This document shows, one piece after another, positions 11,376 to 25,652 of a DNA stretch of 64,000 nucleotides. Origin of the DNA: Paraspadella gotoi (lineage: Eukaryota; Animalia; Chaetognatha). A program made the translations under genes and the position numbers. The notes below the pieces were generated by a model, which was not told the origin of the DNA, made no database searches, and saw only the letters and a program-made list of their open reading frames with translations. The stretch spans positions 13,810,078 to 13,874,077 of the forward strand of contig CM119266.1 of NCBI GenBank assembly GCA_051294375.1, in the 5' to 3' direction. Every line of letters starts with the position of its first letter. The first letter of the stretch is position 1.

Positions 11376-12844
11376 CGAAGATAGTAAGGCAGCTCCACAC
11401 GCAATCGAAGCTCCTCCGAGCAACTTACCTTTTCTCGGTTCCTTACCCGGGCAGACATTTTTCCCTCGGATTCTCGATAATTCTTCTTCTCTTTTTTTTA
11501 GATTTGTCCCGCAATAAAATATCAGCGGTGGACTTAGATTTATTTATGCAAATCGGATTTCGGAGATTAAAAATGGGAAATAAAAGAAAAAAGAATATAA
11601 CAAAAAAAGAATGTTGAAAAATTGTTGTCGATTGACTCAAAGATTTCGAGAGTGGATTCCTTGTTATCTTTTTTAGGGTTAAGGGTCATGATCATTGTTC
11701 AACCTGTTGCAATATATGCAACTTCAATTTATTGATTACCTTTAAAATTATTTTAAAAATTTACCTTTTTTTTTTCATGGATGGAATCGTGTTTGTCCTT
11801 GTTTGAACCCCATTCCTGATTTGCCGTCAAATACTCATGATGACTGATCGAGAGATCGAAAGAAGCGGCTGCGTTGGAGGTGCCGGCTGCGGCGCCGGCT
11901 GCGGCGCCGGGTGCCGCGCCGGCTCCCAGTATCGACCGACCCTAAAGGTGACGCATTTTTTGAGGAATTTGTTTCCTCGACCGAAATCGATTACCAGGAA
12001 ATAATAAAGAAAACAACGTCGCAGGTTATGACTCCATTTCTTGGGTGAGGCTCGAAATTTATTGGCCAATCGCCAGTAATAAAGAAGATCGAAACGTGAC
12101 GAAGGAGGAAAAAATAGCTCGTTAGTTGTTTTGATATTAGGTTTGAGTTGAACAAAATTGATCGTCTTGACATTGTGATCATTTTTCGTTATTTAAATAT
12201 TAATAATAATAATAAAAAATTTCATGTTTATGATAAAATTACTGTGATGATATTTAGGTATTCAGGTATTTTATCATTTTTATGACAGTAAAACACAATG
12301 TTTTTTGGTACAAAATAAAAACAAATTTATTTTCCAATTCAGACTCCGATTTTTTTTTACAAATCATACCGAGGGCGCCCTTGCCGAAATCGCTTCCCCC
12401 CCCCCGGAATGGGTATCATAACCTTTCGATAACAACGGAAAACTAGAAATAGAAAATATAAAAAAAAGAAGAAAATGAGAATAGGAAAAAGATGTAAAAA
12501 AAAATAAAGGAGAGGTTAAAGAGCATAAAAACGAGGAGAAATATCGTTTAGGCAGAATCTCCGAGATCCTAAGAGGCAATGACTGCAACGGGCCGTGGAA
12601 ATATGCGAGGAGAAATGGGAATGAAAGGGAGAGGACAAGAGAGAGAAAAAAAAACGTGAGGCAAAGGATAGGAAATGAAAAAAAGGAGAAAATACTTATA
12701 AGTAAAAAAAAGGGAATCGTTTCGAGTGGGAATTGTTATCTCGTCGAACCCCAGAGGGCAGGCAGCGTCCTTGAGAGTTACGACCCCGAGACAATCATCA
12801 TCATCGTCGCGAACAAAACGGCAACGGGGACGAGGAAGACTTAA

Positions 12845-12959
<115 letters not shown>

Positions 12960-15236
12960 ATTTTTTTGTTTCTGAAATTTTCTGAAAATATCTCAATTTC
13001 GTAGTTTTGTTTTCTTGAACAACTAACCGCAAATGTACTGAAAACTAACTTGAAATTTCAATTAATTTGTCATTATTCGTCACAAAGGTTGACCGAACCT
13101 TTGCCTCAAGACTAATATCTACTGAATTAATCCAATCAAGCTCGCGGGATACATAAAAATGATCATAAAATTCACCCCGGGATTTTCATTTTGCATTTTT
13201 TTAAACTTTTTTGCTGCAACATAAAAATCGAAGGGTTTATTGCTAACTTATTCCTGCGCCTACTAATCAAACGATCTTTAATTAGATCCCTTCGTTCCGC
13301 TTCGACAACGACGCCCTCAGCGGGGTTTTAGGAAAAAAAACGGACAACAAAGGTGGCATTGAGATCGAGGTGGCGCTAATTGACGTTAATGATCGGGGTA
13401 GGAGTAACCGAGGAGTTGTCTTAAAGTCAGTACGGACGTGGGAGGATGGATAAGGAAACGAGGATGAAGTTCATCACGGCGTGACGATCTGACAAAGTTT
13501 TTTTTAAATTTTTAAAGAGGCTCATGTTTGAATTATTAGCTAAAGTTGAAAATGAGATTTAGAGAGTTTTTATCAACAGTTTTGTCCTTCCAAAAGTTGA
13601 ATTTTTCTAAAAATAGCCACCTGAATAATATTTAAATTCAGCGTACTGGAGAAAGCATAAGTTGAGTTTAAAAATATATATCCTCTTTCAATAACTAGTA
13701 ACATAACTTGTTCTTTAAACGTATCCGATGACAATAAGAAAAAAAAAGCATCTCGTGTCGGGCGCCATCAATATAAATCCGAGAAATTGACGAAGCGATT
13801 CGAACTCATCCTCGGCATTTTCGGTAACGCTTCAGTGGACGATCCGTTCCGGGAAATGTCGAGTCGAATGTCGTGTCCCGTATCATTAGAGATTGTCTTT
13901 GTGAGAAAAAAAAGCGGAGGGAAAACGGTTCATGGGTAGTTAAATATTGATATTACTTTATTTATATTTACATTTATTATATCTATATTTTACTTTATTT
14001 AATATATATTTATATTACTTTACTTTATTGATATTACTTTACATCTTTGACAAACGATTTTCCCTTGAGAAATTTGTTTTCTCCTTCTGCATTTCTTAGG
14101 ATAATTTACTTCGCCCTCATCAATTGTCTCGCCTCTCCCTCATTCTTCGCTTTGTCTCTCCCTCTTTCCTAAATCCGTTCCAACTTCCAAATCGCGACAC
14201 ACAATCCGATCCGCACCGTCGCTTCGGAATTCGAAATAATCAGAAGTTTGATTGGATTCTGGGGCGAGGGACACGCCCCCCCTCGTTTGGGATCGACTGA
14301 CGCGGAATCGACCTCAATCAATGCGATTGCAATCCCGCGAAGGGAGGAATAAAGGATGCGAAGGAATCTTCGATCGAGGCGGGCGTCGATCGTCGTCGAC
14401 GAGGATGGGAGAACGAGTCGGCAGTCGTTAAACTTAAAGGAAGTTTACATAGTCTACATACGTGATAATGTGATAGCAATAATTCGCGAAAACCTAGAAT
14501 GTCATTTTAAGTTTTAACTGATTTGAGTTGAACCAATGAACATTTTTATGCAGTCGACGCCTAAGCTGGTAGGATTTTTTGAATTAACTGAAAGCCAAAC
14601 CTAGAAATCAATACGCACAGTTATTTAATGATCATGATGTTGTCGAATTCATTCTTCTACCCAAAGATATTTTTAAAAAAGTCTCACTTTTCGTTTTCCT
14701 CTCTTCCCTCTCGTTCTACTCTCATTTTTTTTTTTTCGTTCATCCGGAATTCCTAATTGAATTTTGAGATGATCCCCTTCTCGTCATATCTCAATCCTAC
14801 ACTTTTAACTACAGTTCTGCACGCAGTATTACTTCAGGGTTGGTCTCAAGGGTGGGAAACGGGAGTACCCTTCCCCTTATTTACATCCTTCAAAACTTTG
14901 CAAGTTATCACTTCGCTCTCTCTCGTAAATATTTCCTTTCTTCTCGTACATCTTGGCGTCAATTAAAAGTCCTGGAAGTGTCCCTTCCCTTTTCTCGATT
15001 TCTTTTCTTTCCACACGACCCCCCCCCTGGATTCCATCTACGCATCAATGAAGAACCCTGGATTCCTCCCCTTCCATCCCTCATCTTCCCATCTATCATG
15101 AAGACCCCTGCATCCCTCTCCTCATTTTCTCGCTGATCGTCGCCGAAATTCGTTTTTTTTTCCTATTTCTCGCGAATTCGATCCATCACGATTAGACTCG
15201 ATTTGGGCCGAGAAAAGGGGACGTCCCTTTGGAGGG

Positions 15237-15294
<58 letters not shown>

Positions 15295-15938
15295 GATTCC
15301 AACGGCTTCCAAGAGTTACTGATGACATTGGGATGGACGGGGAGGAATTTGAAAAGAAACTGAGATGGTGAAATTGAAAGAAAGGAAAAAGATGAGAGAC
15401 GAGCGAGGAGAGAAAAAAATAAAAACGAAGAAAATAAAAGAGAAAAGAAAATGTAATCACTGTCCTATTAGCAGTTGTTTCTCCACACCCAGTCATGTAG
15501 CTAACTGAGCATTCTCTCTATTAAATGCACAATCCCTGACAGTATCTCAAGCAAAGTTTAATGTTAAAGTAAAACATAAAAGATATAATCAAAAATCGAG
15601 ATTCTAAAACCGAAACAGTTTCTTAACGAAACATGATTAACAAACCAAACCGGCAAAAACCGCCAGGATAAGAAACGAAATAGACCTTAAAAAATTGAAC
15701 AAAGATCGTAGGTTTTTACGAAGGAGCGTGACTAAAAATACTTAATAATAACCGAAAACATTGAGAGCGAAAGAGAGAGCTGAATAGCCAATGAAAAAAA
15801 AAACACATTTGTTGAACGCCAGGAATCGCCAAAAAAAAAGTTTTCGAAGATTGCGCTAAAATAATAGTGGATCTCAGAATAAACTAAGTTTCTGCATCCT
15901 GTCACAGTTATAGCGTATGATAAATATCCACAGTCCGC

Positions 15939-17590
15939 TCAGCCGCGGTCCTCCTCTTCGACATGCTCGACGACCAACTCCGAAAAACGCTCCTCGAAGG
16001 TCCTCCGCCAGGGCGGCATGGCTACGGGTTGAATCAAGTTGACATCGTCGGTGCTGACTTTGTGGACGGCGGAGAACTCGGGCGGAAGGTTCACGACAGC
16101 CATGTTGCTCCAGATGAGCTGTCGTCCGCAGCCTCTCAGCCCTCTGTTTGATCGGACTGGACTGTCAAAAGACGATGACCAAATAGAATGATAAGAAATT
16201 TCTTATTTTAGGTTTACTTTAGTATTTGTTTATATCAACCACAAGGTTCTTTTAATCCAATTTAGAACAATATAACTTAAAGTTTTAGTCTTTAAAAGTT
16301 TTAATAATTTTTTTCGGTTATCTCAGTTAACAATTAACTCACTTTATTCTCTTTTGCCCGCGTCGGGTAATGCGAAGCTCGTTGCTACGATCTACCCACG
16401 CGAACTGGAAAGTCGCCATGATCCCGCCGGAGTTTGATTCCGGTAAATTCACTTCGGTGCCGCAACGGGTAGTGTCGCATCCGTCGACTTTGTACCAGAC
16501 TTCACCGCAGTAGGGACATCTCCGCAATTCGTTGATCCCGTGACTCGGAGCGTACTCCAAACTGCGCGTCCTGATGTCGAACAGCACCGTCTTGAGCTGG
16601 TGGGTGAGATTGGCGATATGTCCGGCCTCGTTGGGCAGAGTGGGTCCGTAAAATTCGAACTGGTTGATCTCGGCTACGCGCTTCTGGGCGTTGTCGATAA
16701 AATCATTGAGCCAGGTGGAGAACTCGAACAAAAGATCGCGTTTTTCATTTCCATTATACAATGGGAACTGCTCGTAGAATCTCTGCCGCATGGTTTCGAA
16801 CAGTTGCACTTCTTTACGAACGCTGGAAAGAATCTTCAGGTTTCTGTCGTTAATTTTGAAAAACTTGAGAAAGTTGTCGCTATGTATGGTAAGATCCTGA
16901 GCCGGTTTGAGAAGAGACAGAATCTTGCGCAACATTTCGTCGCCCTTCGTATCGATCCGGGCGAAGACGACCGACTCCAGGCCGCTCTGAGACACGAGGG
17001 CCTCTCTAAATTCCGTCTCTTTCCAACTCACGATGTCCATGTGAGTCACGCAGACCCCGAGAATCCCGTCGAACTCCAAAAAGCCTTCGGCATACTTGAT
17101 CACGTTGTCGATGACGTTGGAGAGTCCGAGGTCGGCCTTGACCACGATGACCAGAGCCGAGACGGGCTTGTTGGCGAAGGCGGCCGCGATCCAAAGGTTG
17201 TTCGTGAATCGGTCGGTCAAAGGATTAGTACCAGGAGTGTCGCAGATTTCCATGTTGGCGTCGGGGACCACGAAGGTGCGAGAGGAGGTGGTGAAGCTGC
17301 GACTCTGGTCCGAGCTGAGTCCTTTCTTGTCGGTCAGTCGTTCGACGATGGTGGATTTTCCGACGCGAACGTCGCCGATCAAGACAACGTAGGAGCGAGC
17401 TGAACAAAAGGGCGGGGAATTAATAGCTGATTAATAAAAGTCAACACTGATAAACGTAACTCAACGAAATAATTGTCTTGGCCCTGAAGTAAAACTAACA
17501 GATTTAAATGTTAAAAAAACTAGACTAGAACGTGCTTATTGAAGAGAAAAAAATGTGAAAAGACTTACCTCGGTCATGAGACGAAGCCAT
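15939..17590 (-). CDS. P-loop GTPase (AIG1/GIMAP- or Era-like G domain) with helical region and C-terminal RING2/IBR-like Cys module (~433 aa); exons 17590-17569, 17399-16343, 16161-15939
   Basis: G1 GDVRVGKS, G2 SFT, G3 DTPG, G4 THMD; CPYCGEVWYKVDGCDTTRCG ... GCGRQLIW. Introns are GT-AG with matching phases (1,2); CDS 1302 nt ending ...EEEDRG*. Confidence 0.88.
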
Positions 17591-18506
17591 GCCTTCACTT
17601 TTCGTTATAAAATCCTGGAATTCTTAGTTGATTCGCATTTAAATTCCAATCTAAAAGTAGAAGATTGGGTTGAAATTTATTGAATGAAATACGCAAGAAT
17701 CAACTGAAAAAATTAGAATTTTATTTTAAATTAAGATGTTAGAAATTAACGCCCCAGAGAGTCTTTGGATCTAACAAAGAACCCGAAATATACCTGTATT
17801 ACGACTCCAATTCCTCGCGATTTTCTTTATTCACACGAACTTGATTAATGCAATCGCCTCTTTTCTGAGAAATGACGACGTCAGAGCTGAAACGATTCTG
17901 ATTGGTCGGTTTCGCTCGTGAGGAGGATCGGAACGAATCACATTTCAGGATCGACGAGATCAGGGAAATCCTGATATGGATGAGGATATGATCATATGGG
18001 TTAAAGTTCCTCTTTCTCTCTCTTAATTACGAGGGCAGCGCCGCGAAGCATTTTCCTTTCCCCTCCGTGAATCACGGCGTGTTTAAGCCTTTTCCCTCGC
18101 GAAGCAGACGCCGACCTGATGCCGCAGATAAAATTGATCCTTTGCGTTCGTCTGACCAAAGCTCGTCAAATTCCGCCCATTGGCATCGCGGTGACGGCTC
18201 ACGCCATTCGTCGACGGTCCCTCTTCAAATTGTCCAAACCTCGGCCCCGTTTTTATTCCCTTCCGTCCCGATGTTCCTCGTTCATCTCAATTTCTCTTTT
18301 TCATACCCCCTCCCTATTTTTTTTTATAAGGGGGCGGCGTTCTTTTCTCTTACTCCCTTTTCTCCCTTCCTTCACCAAAAAAAAATGGGGGGGGGAGCGT
18401 GAGAACGTGAAACGAGGCTTCCGGGACCGAGTCGCTGGGGACTCACATCGCCGGCCCGGTGAGATAAACACGAACCACAAAACCAGAGAGAGAGAGAGAG
18501 AGAGAT

Positions 18507-18582
<76 letters not shown>

Positions 18583-21304
18583 ACAGAGTCTCTCTTTCTT
18601 TCTGACGGATGCGAATGTCAAGCATTTTTTTCACAACCTATCACGAGGAGAAAAATTGCCAAACGAAACTAAGAACGATAAAAAAAAGATGAAGTTTGGG
18701 GAGGCGAGCCGCGCATGGGGGGGGAGGCCCGGGGACGCAAGCGGAGGTATAAATTGTGCCGTCGGTGGCGCCACTTAACGGCGAAAGTGGGTAGGCAGGG
18801 CAAAGTGGCGATAAAAACAGAGTGGCGTCGATGTTATGGGAAGGTGCGCCGACGCCGAGTTGGCGCCGCCATCTGTCACTGAAAAAAAAAACGGGAAGCG
18901 GCGTGAATTGGCGTAACGGACCGAAAAGCGAGAAACGGGATTCGAAATTGCGCTCTTCGTTATAATCCAAACAACACGACGGCGGGGAAAAATAAACGGA
19001 AGAAAAAAAAGGGCATCTCTCTCTCTCGATGTTGACGACGAAAAAATAACTGGATATAAACAACTCGAGGGAAAAAAGAAACCAATTCCGCTGTTTAAGT
19101 TTTAGCTATATTTTCTCTTCGACCTCCCGAGAATTTTTTTTATTTCTTTGATGGTCAACGATTCACAGTTCATAATTAAATTGCAATACGATTTGAGGTT
19201 GAGAGGTTCCTGCTGATATAAAGATAAAAGTTTTGTTATAATTATCCGAAAGTAATACAAGGCAAAAATATGTATGCATCTATATAAATACGTAGCCGGT
19301 CCAAAGTCGGACAAGATCTAGCCTATTAGGTTATTTGTAAACTACAAGACCGAGATTTTGTAATAATACTTTAATATTCTGACAAATGAATTTAATTTCG
19401 TATTGTTTTTACCAATTTCATAAACTGAATTAAATAAACTGATGACCTTCCCATTGTATAAAAATAAAAAATAAAAAATATTCAAAAAAGAAATAATTTA
19501 AAAAGTAGAATAAAGAAAAAATATAATTTTAAAATTATATTCATGACATAAAGGTGCCCCTATAGACCTTTCCCCGGTATGTATCCCTATCAGAACATAC
19601 AATTCTACATGGTAGTCTTATCCCTATTGGTAAAAAAAATCATATATAACTTTGATCACACCTCAAAAAATTATCCATTCCCACCCCTTTCTGTTCAGCC
19701 TCTTAGATATTATGATTTTTCATTAATGACTTTCTAACAGAAATGATGTGGGATATCTATTAGAAAACTAGGACAGATAGTAATCTAACCTTGTGTTGTA
19801 TAGATGCTCCCTCTATTTCCAGAAGACAACACTGACTTCCCCTTCCCAAATTGAATTATTAGATAAATAAAACATTTTTAAGAAAGAAAGCAATATATAT
19901 TTGATTAAATAATAAGATTAATACTATATCCTTCATAAAATAGAAAAATAGAAAATAGTGAAACAAGTAATTTGCAAATTTTCATAAACAAATACAAGAT
20001 TGAATAATGAAAGAAATTATAATAATCTAATTAAAAATAAAGACCAAAGAGAAAACATTCCCGAACACGAGCCGAACCGACGCCGAGGGCGATTCGTTAC
20101 AATCGGCTTCGTTCTTTCGATCGCACTAAATCCTCATCCTCATCCGCACCAAATCCTCATCCTCATCCTCATCCTCATCCTCATCCGTGAGGCTGAGACC
20201 GTTAATGCTGTTTAGATGGGCGTTGCTGCTGACGTTGCTGCAACGATGTCGTCGTAAAAGTCGTAGCTGTTGAGATGTTTTTACGTCGATAGTGAAATCC
20301 ACCTTCGTTTATGACTGCTCGAGACTGTTGCCAATGTGGGCGTGACTGTTTTCCATCGCGTTACGGCGCTCATCCTCGAGCAGCAGCGTTGAAGCCGTTT
20401 TCTCGTTTCCATCGACTCGGATCGCGATGATGAAAACGACGACGATGACGACGACGGGGATTAGGTTCGCCCTTCTATTTCCATCATATTCCGACTCGAC
20501 CGGAAATGGCACGGTTCCATTTCCGTCCGGACGTCGATACGCGTTTTAATGTTCCTTTCTTCCTCTTATCTGCGAAACATCGTCGGATCCCCGGCCTCCC
20601 TTCTTATACGCAGCGACCCCACTCCACCGCATCCAAACCCACGCTTCCTCCATTATGACATTCCCAGCTGTTTTTTCTTCCTACTCCCAAAATTTAACCC
20701 CGCCGCTTTTCGCCGTCTTTCGTCACCACTCCCACACAGCCACTCCACGCCAAACCCCAACGCCGATCACATATTTTCTTTTTTTTTTTTCTTTCACCGT
20801 CCTTGTATTTCCCAATAACCGGCTAATAGCTTTTTTATCGCGTCATTGAACCCTTCCTTTTCACATTTTCACATTTTTCTACTTTGTGAAATCACTTTAT
20901 GTCCGTTTTATGACAATGGGGTCCGGGAATGACTCGGGATATCGTCTTCTTCTTGGTCGTCGTCGTCGACGTTGTCTTGGTCGCAGCTTTATTATCGACG
21001 TCGTCGTCGTTCTAGTCGGGTCGGTGTCCGTTGTGGTTCTTGCCGATGAACAGATTATTTAAATCTGGTGGGGTTCGAGAACAACGGCAAACTCGCTGTT
21101 ACGTCTAAATAGCGTTAAAAGAAAATAGGCATTGGTTGCTTCTCTGCAATCAGTTCAAGGTTGAATGAAACATAACAAAACTTGGGAGCCCGGCCAGAAC
21201 AAGATGGCGTACATTTTTAAAAATCAATTTTTAAAATCTTTAAAAACTATTAAAAGCTAAAACGCGATAAAACGAGTTAATGTAATTAATCCAGATACGG
21301 TGGC

Positions 21305-21310
21305 TTTATT
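21305..21310 (-). promoter_or_regulatory. Candidate polyadenylation signal of the acyltransferase gene
   Basis: AATAAA on - strand ~130 nt after the stop. Confidence 0.35.
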
Positions 21311-21439
21311 ATTGCGAACAGAAATAATCGAAATATGTATTTTACATTAATTTCACGTATATCGAAACCAAATTCGACATCCACACTCCACGCAGTCCGC
21401 AGTTAACAAAACTTCAAATCTCCCCCTATATCACAGTCC

Positions 21440-23263
21440 TCACTCGACGACCGACTTCAAAATCCTCGTCAGATTCGCGGCGCACATCTCCGCCGTCTCC
21501 TTCGTCACATAGTCGTCGCAATAAGAAAAGGACCAACAGAGTTTCCCAGCGACGGTGACGACGTAATTGTTAAAGACCATGCCGACGCCACTGAGGTAGA
21601 CTCCGTAGAAAGTGCTCTTCAGCTCGAAAGGTCTCGGCTTGGGTTTTCTCATAAAGTCGCAGGATCCCCGATTGGAAAGAGCGTAGTCGAAAAAGGCCAA
21701 CACGCCGGGATCCCGTTCTCCCGAAGGATCGGCCCGCCAGCGTCGGTGAAAGGCAGGAAAGAGTCGGTAGATGAACTCGAGGAAGCCCATTTCCCAGGAG
21801 AAGGGATGCCTCCGCAACCGGCCGTGAATCTCGTCGTGAAAATATTTAGCCAGACTCCAAAAATTCTTCTCATTTCGATCCCGTGAACGGAGAGTTTTCT
21901 TTCGAATGTTGAAGGAACTATGATCGCCCAAATACTCTTCGTCGGGTTGTCTGGTCACCAAGTGGTTGGAGTTGATCGTGTATATCGAGTTTATCTCTAG
22001 ACTGGCGGCGTGGTCGACGTTGTTTCCACACTCGGCGATGGTGGCGCTCAAAGCTAGATGAAAGGCGGCGTCTAAAGCTCCGTGCAATTTGCAACGAAAC
22101 TTCTTGCACAGAAGCAGCAAATTCTGTAAGTCTTCTTCGTTCAATTGAATCGGAATGAGCCAAGTTTTTCCAGGGGATCGAAGCTTCGATCTCTCGTTCT
22201 TAGTGGCTTTGATCATCGAGCAGTTGACGAAATTTTGGAGCGGCAACTTTCCAAAGAGTTTGAGCATGAGGTAGACGAGGATTCGTTCGTAGAGTGGAGG
22301 ATCCACGAGATGCTGGGGTAAGGATTCTGTGATGGGCGGACTCTGACGCAGCGAGATAACTTCAGGAAGCGTCTCTCCCGTCTCGTCCGCAATGACGATC
22401 TCTTTCATCGCCTCCAGCAGCTCGTCCACAATTCTCATGATGGAGAGACCGTCGACGATGAGATGCCAAAACGTGGCCACTACCACATTCTCATATTTGT
22501 CGTCTTCTTTCTTCGACGGCAGCAACAGGAGACGCCAGAGCGGGCCGTCCTCTTGGTCAAAGGGTCGGTGCACCGCCTCGTGAAAGGCAGTCGTCCAATC
22601 GCTCATCGACGTTTCCACCTCCAGACGGAATCCTGGAATCTCCTCCATGAAGAAGACGAGTTCATCATCGTCGACGTCGTTGACGAAGGCGCGATTCTCC
22701 ATCGAGGAGACTCTCGACCGCAGCACCGGATGCTTCGCCGCCACTCGCGCCGCCGCCGCCGACAGCAGAGCCGCGTCGATGGGTCGCACGCTGCTTTCTA
22801 TGAAGAGGACGTTGGCGTCGACGCCTTCGCCGATGTGACGTCGCATCACGAACTTTGCTTCGGGCTGGTTGAGCAAGCGGCCCTTGAGGGAGAAAAATAA
22901 CTAATAAAAAAAAAAGATTTTTGTTTACTGATGAGAAAAATATCACAAAAAATGATCTGAGACATTTTTAATCCAATGTCATTGAAAATTATCTTTATAT
23001 CGCTTTACCACCCAACATTAAAACACAAAAAAATAGTTTTTAAACAAAAGACGAGCCGCATGAGCGTCGGGCCTTACCTTTCCCTCTCTGACGACATAGC
23101 GTCTCACCCACTCGGATTTGGCCCGGAAGTTGCGGCGTCTCCGTCGATAGTCGAGGACAAGTCGAACGCCGACAACGACGACGAGGGTAGCGGCTGTGAC
23201 GGCCGCCAAGTAACGCCCTCGATGGGGAAATCCGAACAATTTGAGGACTCCGTTAGCGTTCAT
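21440..23263 (-). CDS. Membrane-anchored CoA-dependent acyltransferase (condensation-domain / alcohol acetyltransferase / PapA5-like fold), ~542 aa; exons 23263-23078 and 22882-21440
   Basis: N-terminal hydrophobic anchor followed by RRRRR. Motifs KHPVLRSRV, PFDQEDGPLWRLLL, catalytic HLIVDG (22448-22465) and C-terminal LSNRG. Phase-0 GT-AG intron. Confidence 0.87.
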
Positions 23264-23669
23264 TTTATTAAGTAAGAGAGAATGAGAGAGAATTTTGCTT
23301 TTTTTTCCTGGGACGAGAAAGACTGAACGACAGCGATAAGTCAGACTCTCTGCGAGATACTGTTCTTCTTCAAGATACAGTTAATCGAGAAAAATTTTTA
23401 AGTCGATAATCCGAATTCGTCGTGACGACGACGACGACGACGACAGTGACGAAATATTTTATATCCTTTGAACCGAATTAAGGGAAGAATTGTGTGTGAA
23501 GCCCACCCAACAAACTTTCCGGGCTGCTTTAAGTACTGAGTGGTTTTTTACGAGGAAAAAAAAGTCGTTTGAGTAGATTTTTTCTTTCTCTCCCTCACTC
23601 AAGTCTCTGCCTCTGCTTTCTGGCTGTCTGTCGCCCCTTTATCTCTCTCTCTCTCTCTCTCCTCTCTCT

Positions 23670-23777
<108 letters not shown>

Positions 23778-25023
23778 TCCACGTTCGTCTTTTTCCTCGC
23801 TTTAAAAAAAAAAAAACCACCGACGAGAATCTTTACATTGGAAGTTAGCTTTTTCCTTTTCTGGGTCAAACATTCGCCACTCATGACTGGATTCCGAGCG
23901 CTCGACCTTTTCGGCGACCTCGGTCGCTGCTTCCTCCTCCTCGCTTCCTTCGTTTCCTCTCTTCCTTCCTCCTTTCCTCCCTTCCTCCCCTCCTTCCCTT
24001 CCTCCCCCTTTTTCTCAAACCCATTAGTTTTATCTCTCTCATTTTATCTTTCTCTCTCTCTCTCTCTAGACGTTTTCATTTTACCTTAATTTTACCTTCC
24101 TTCTCAACTTCGTTACTTTATTTTCTCTCTTCTTTTCTTCCTCTCCTCCTTTTCCTTCCTTTCCTTTCCTCCGCTCCTTCCCAACGGAACTGCGTCGCAG
24201 CTGGAGCCCGGGAGGCGGCGGTGGTGGGTCTAGGGATGGAAGGCGATGGCCCCTTCAGGGGCGACGGGTGAGGTTAGCGTCGCTTGTTGACAAAGGTCAG
24301 GGTTGAGCGGTGGCGGGGGTTTTGGGCGGCGAGAGACGCAGCTGCCAAAGCGAGAATGACGTCACGCCCGAATGCAGCGAGAGATGGCGCTGGGAAGACG
24401 AATTTAGAGGATTCGTGGGGGCGTTGTTGTCGTTGTTGTTGTTGACGCTCGAGATTAAATTACAGATGGCCAGAAATGTAATGGGTAAGAACTATGCATA
24501 ATCGTTTTTTTGGTTTTTTTGTATATGTACTAAGCATTAAACATTCGGTAATAAATTAATCTGGAGGCGTTGCCGAATGAATATTTCTGAGTAAAACATT
24601 GCGCAAACCCCAACCCAAAACAGCACACCCTCCCAAAGCCTAAAAAACTACGAATCCCGGTTGCGCGAGACCCAACCGAGGCTGCAGCGGGCGAATCGGG
24701 TCGCCGAAGGTGGGGCGCGGGTAAGGGTCGATGGCGCGAATTCTTTGGCAGAGAAAACATTGGAAACCAAACAAAAGACGAGTAAAAATGAGACAAGTAG
24801 AGCGTGAAGGTGAAAGAGAGCGAGAGAAGGGCGAAAAAAAAGAGGGAGAAAATTGGATAACGACGACGACGACGACGAGGACGACGACGACGAAGACGAC
24901 GACGGCCACTGTGAATATTGAATAAGAATACTATTGATGACGTTTGGATTCTCATTCACTTCGTCACTTTTCACAGAATATACATGGACAAAAAAAATCT
25001 CGTTCAGTCGCGCGTTCTTTGTG

Positions 25024-25069
<46 letters not shown>

Positions 25070-25539
25070 TCTCTCTCTATAACTCTCTCTTTCTCTGGTT
25101 CCCATCTCCAACAGACATGCGTTGTTCCTGCAGCTAGTTTATGTGGACATCATGTACTCAAGTGCCTTCATAATTCTTCGAATACTGAGCTTCTCTCGTT
25201 TGGCCTAAGTGTTCCCGCTGCTTGCCCGCTGCTTGCCCGCTGCTTGACCGACGCTTGACCACCCAGGATCGCCGCTTGACCGCTAATTTTCCCCGTTTTA
25301 TCGATTCTCGGTAATATTGTATCTTGATTGCAGATAAGCATAAACCATATTAAACATTTAAAACTTTATGTGCTCTTTATATGTAAAGTGAGGAGTTTTT
25401 CATGAAAACATAATTCTTTCCATCTACGCATTTTATATTGATGAGAAATAGGGATCGGACTTTGTGTATAATTCAAAGAGTACAGCGCGAATTTATGGGG
25501 CGATTTATTATCTTCAACGAAGAAAGAAGAATGAACGAA

Positions 25540-25652
<113 letters not shown>

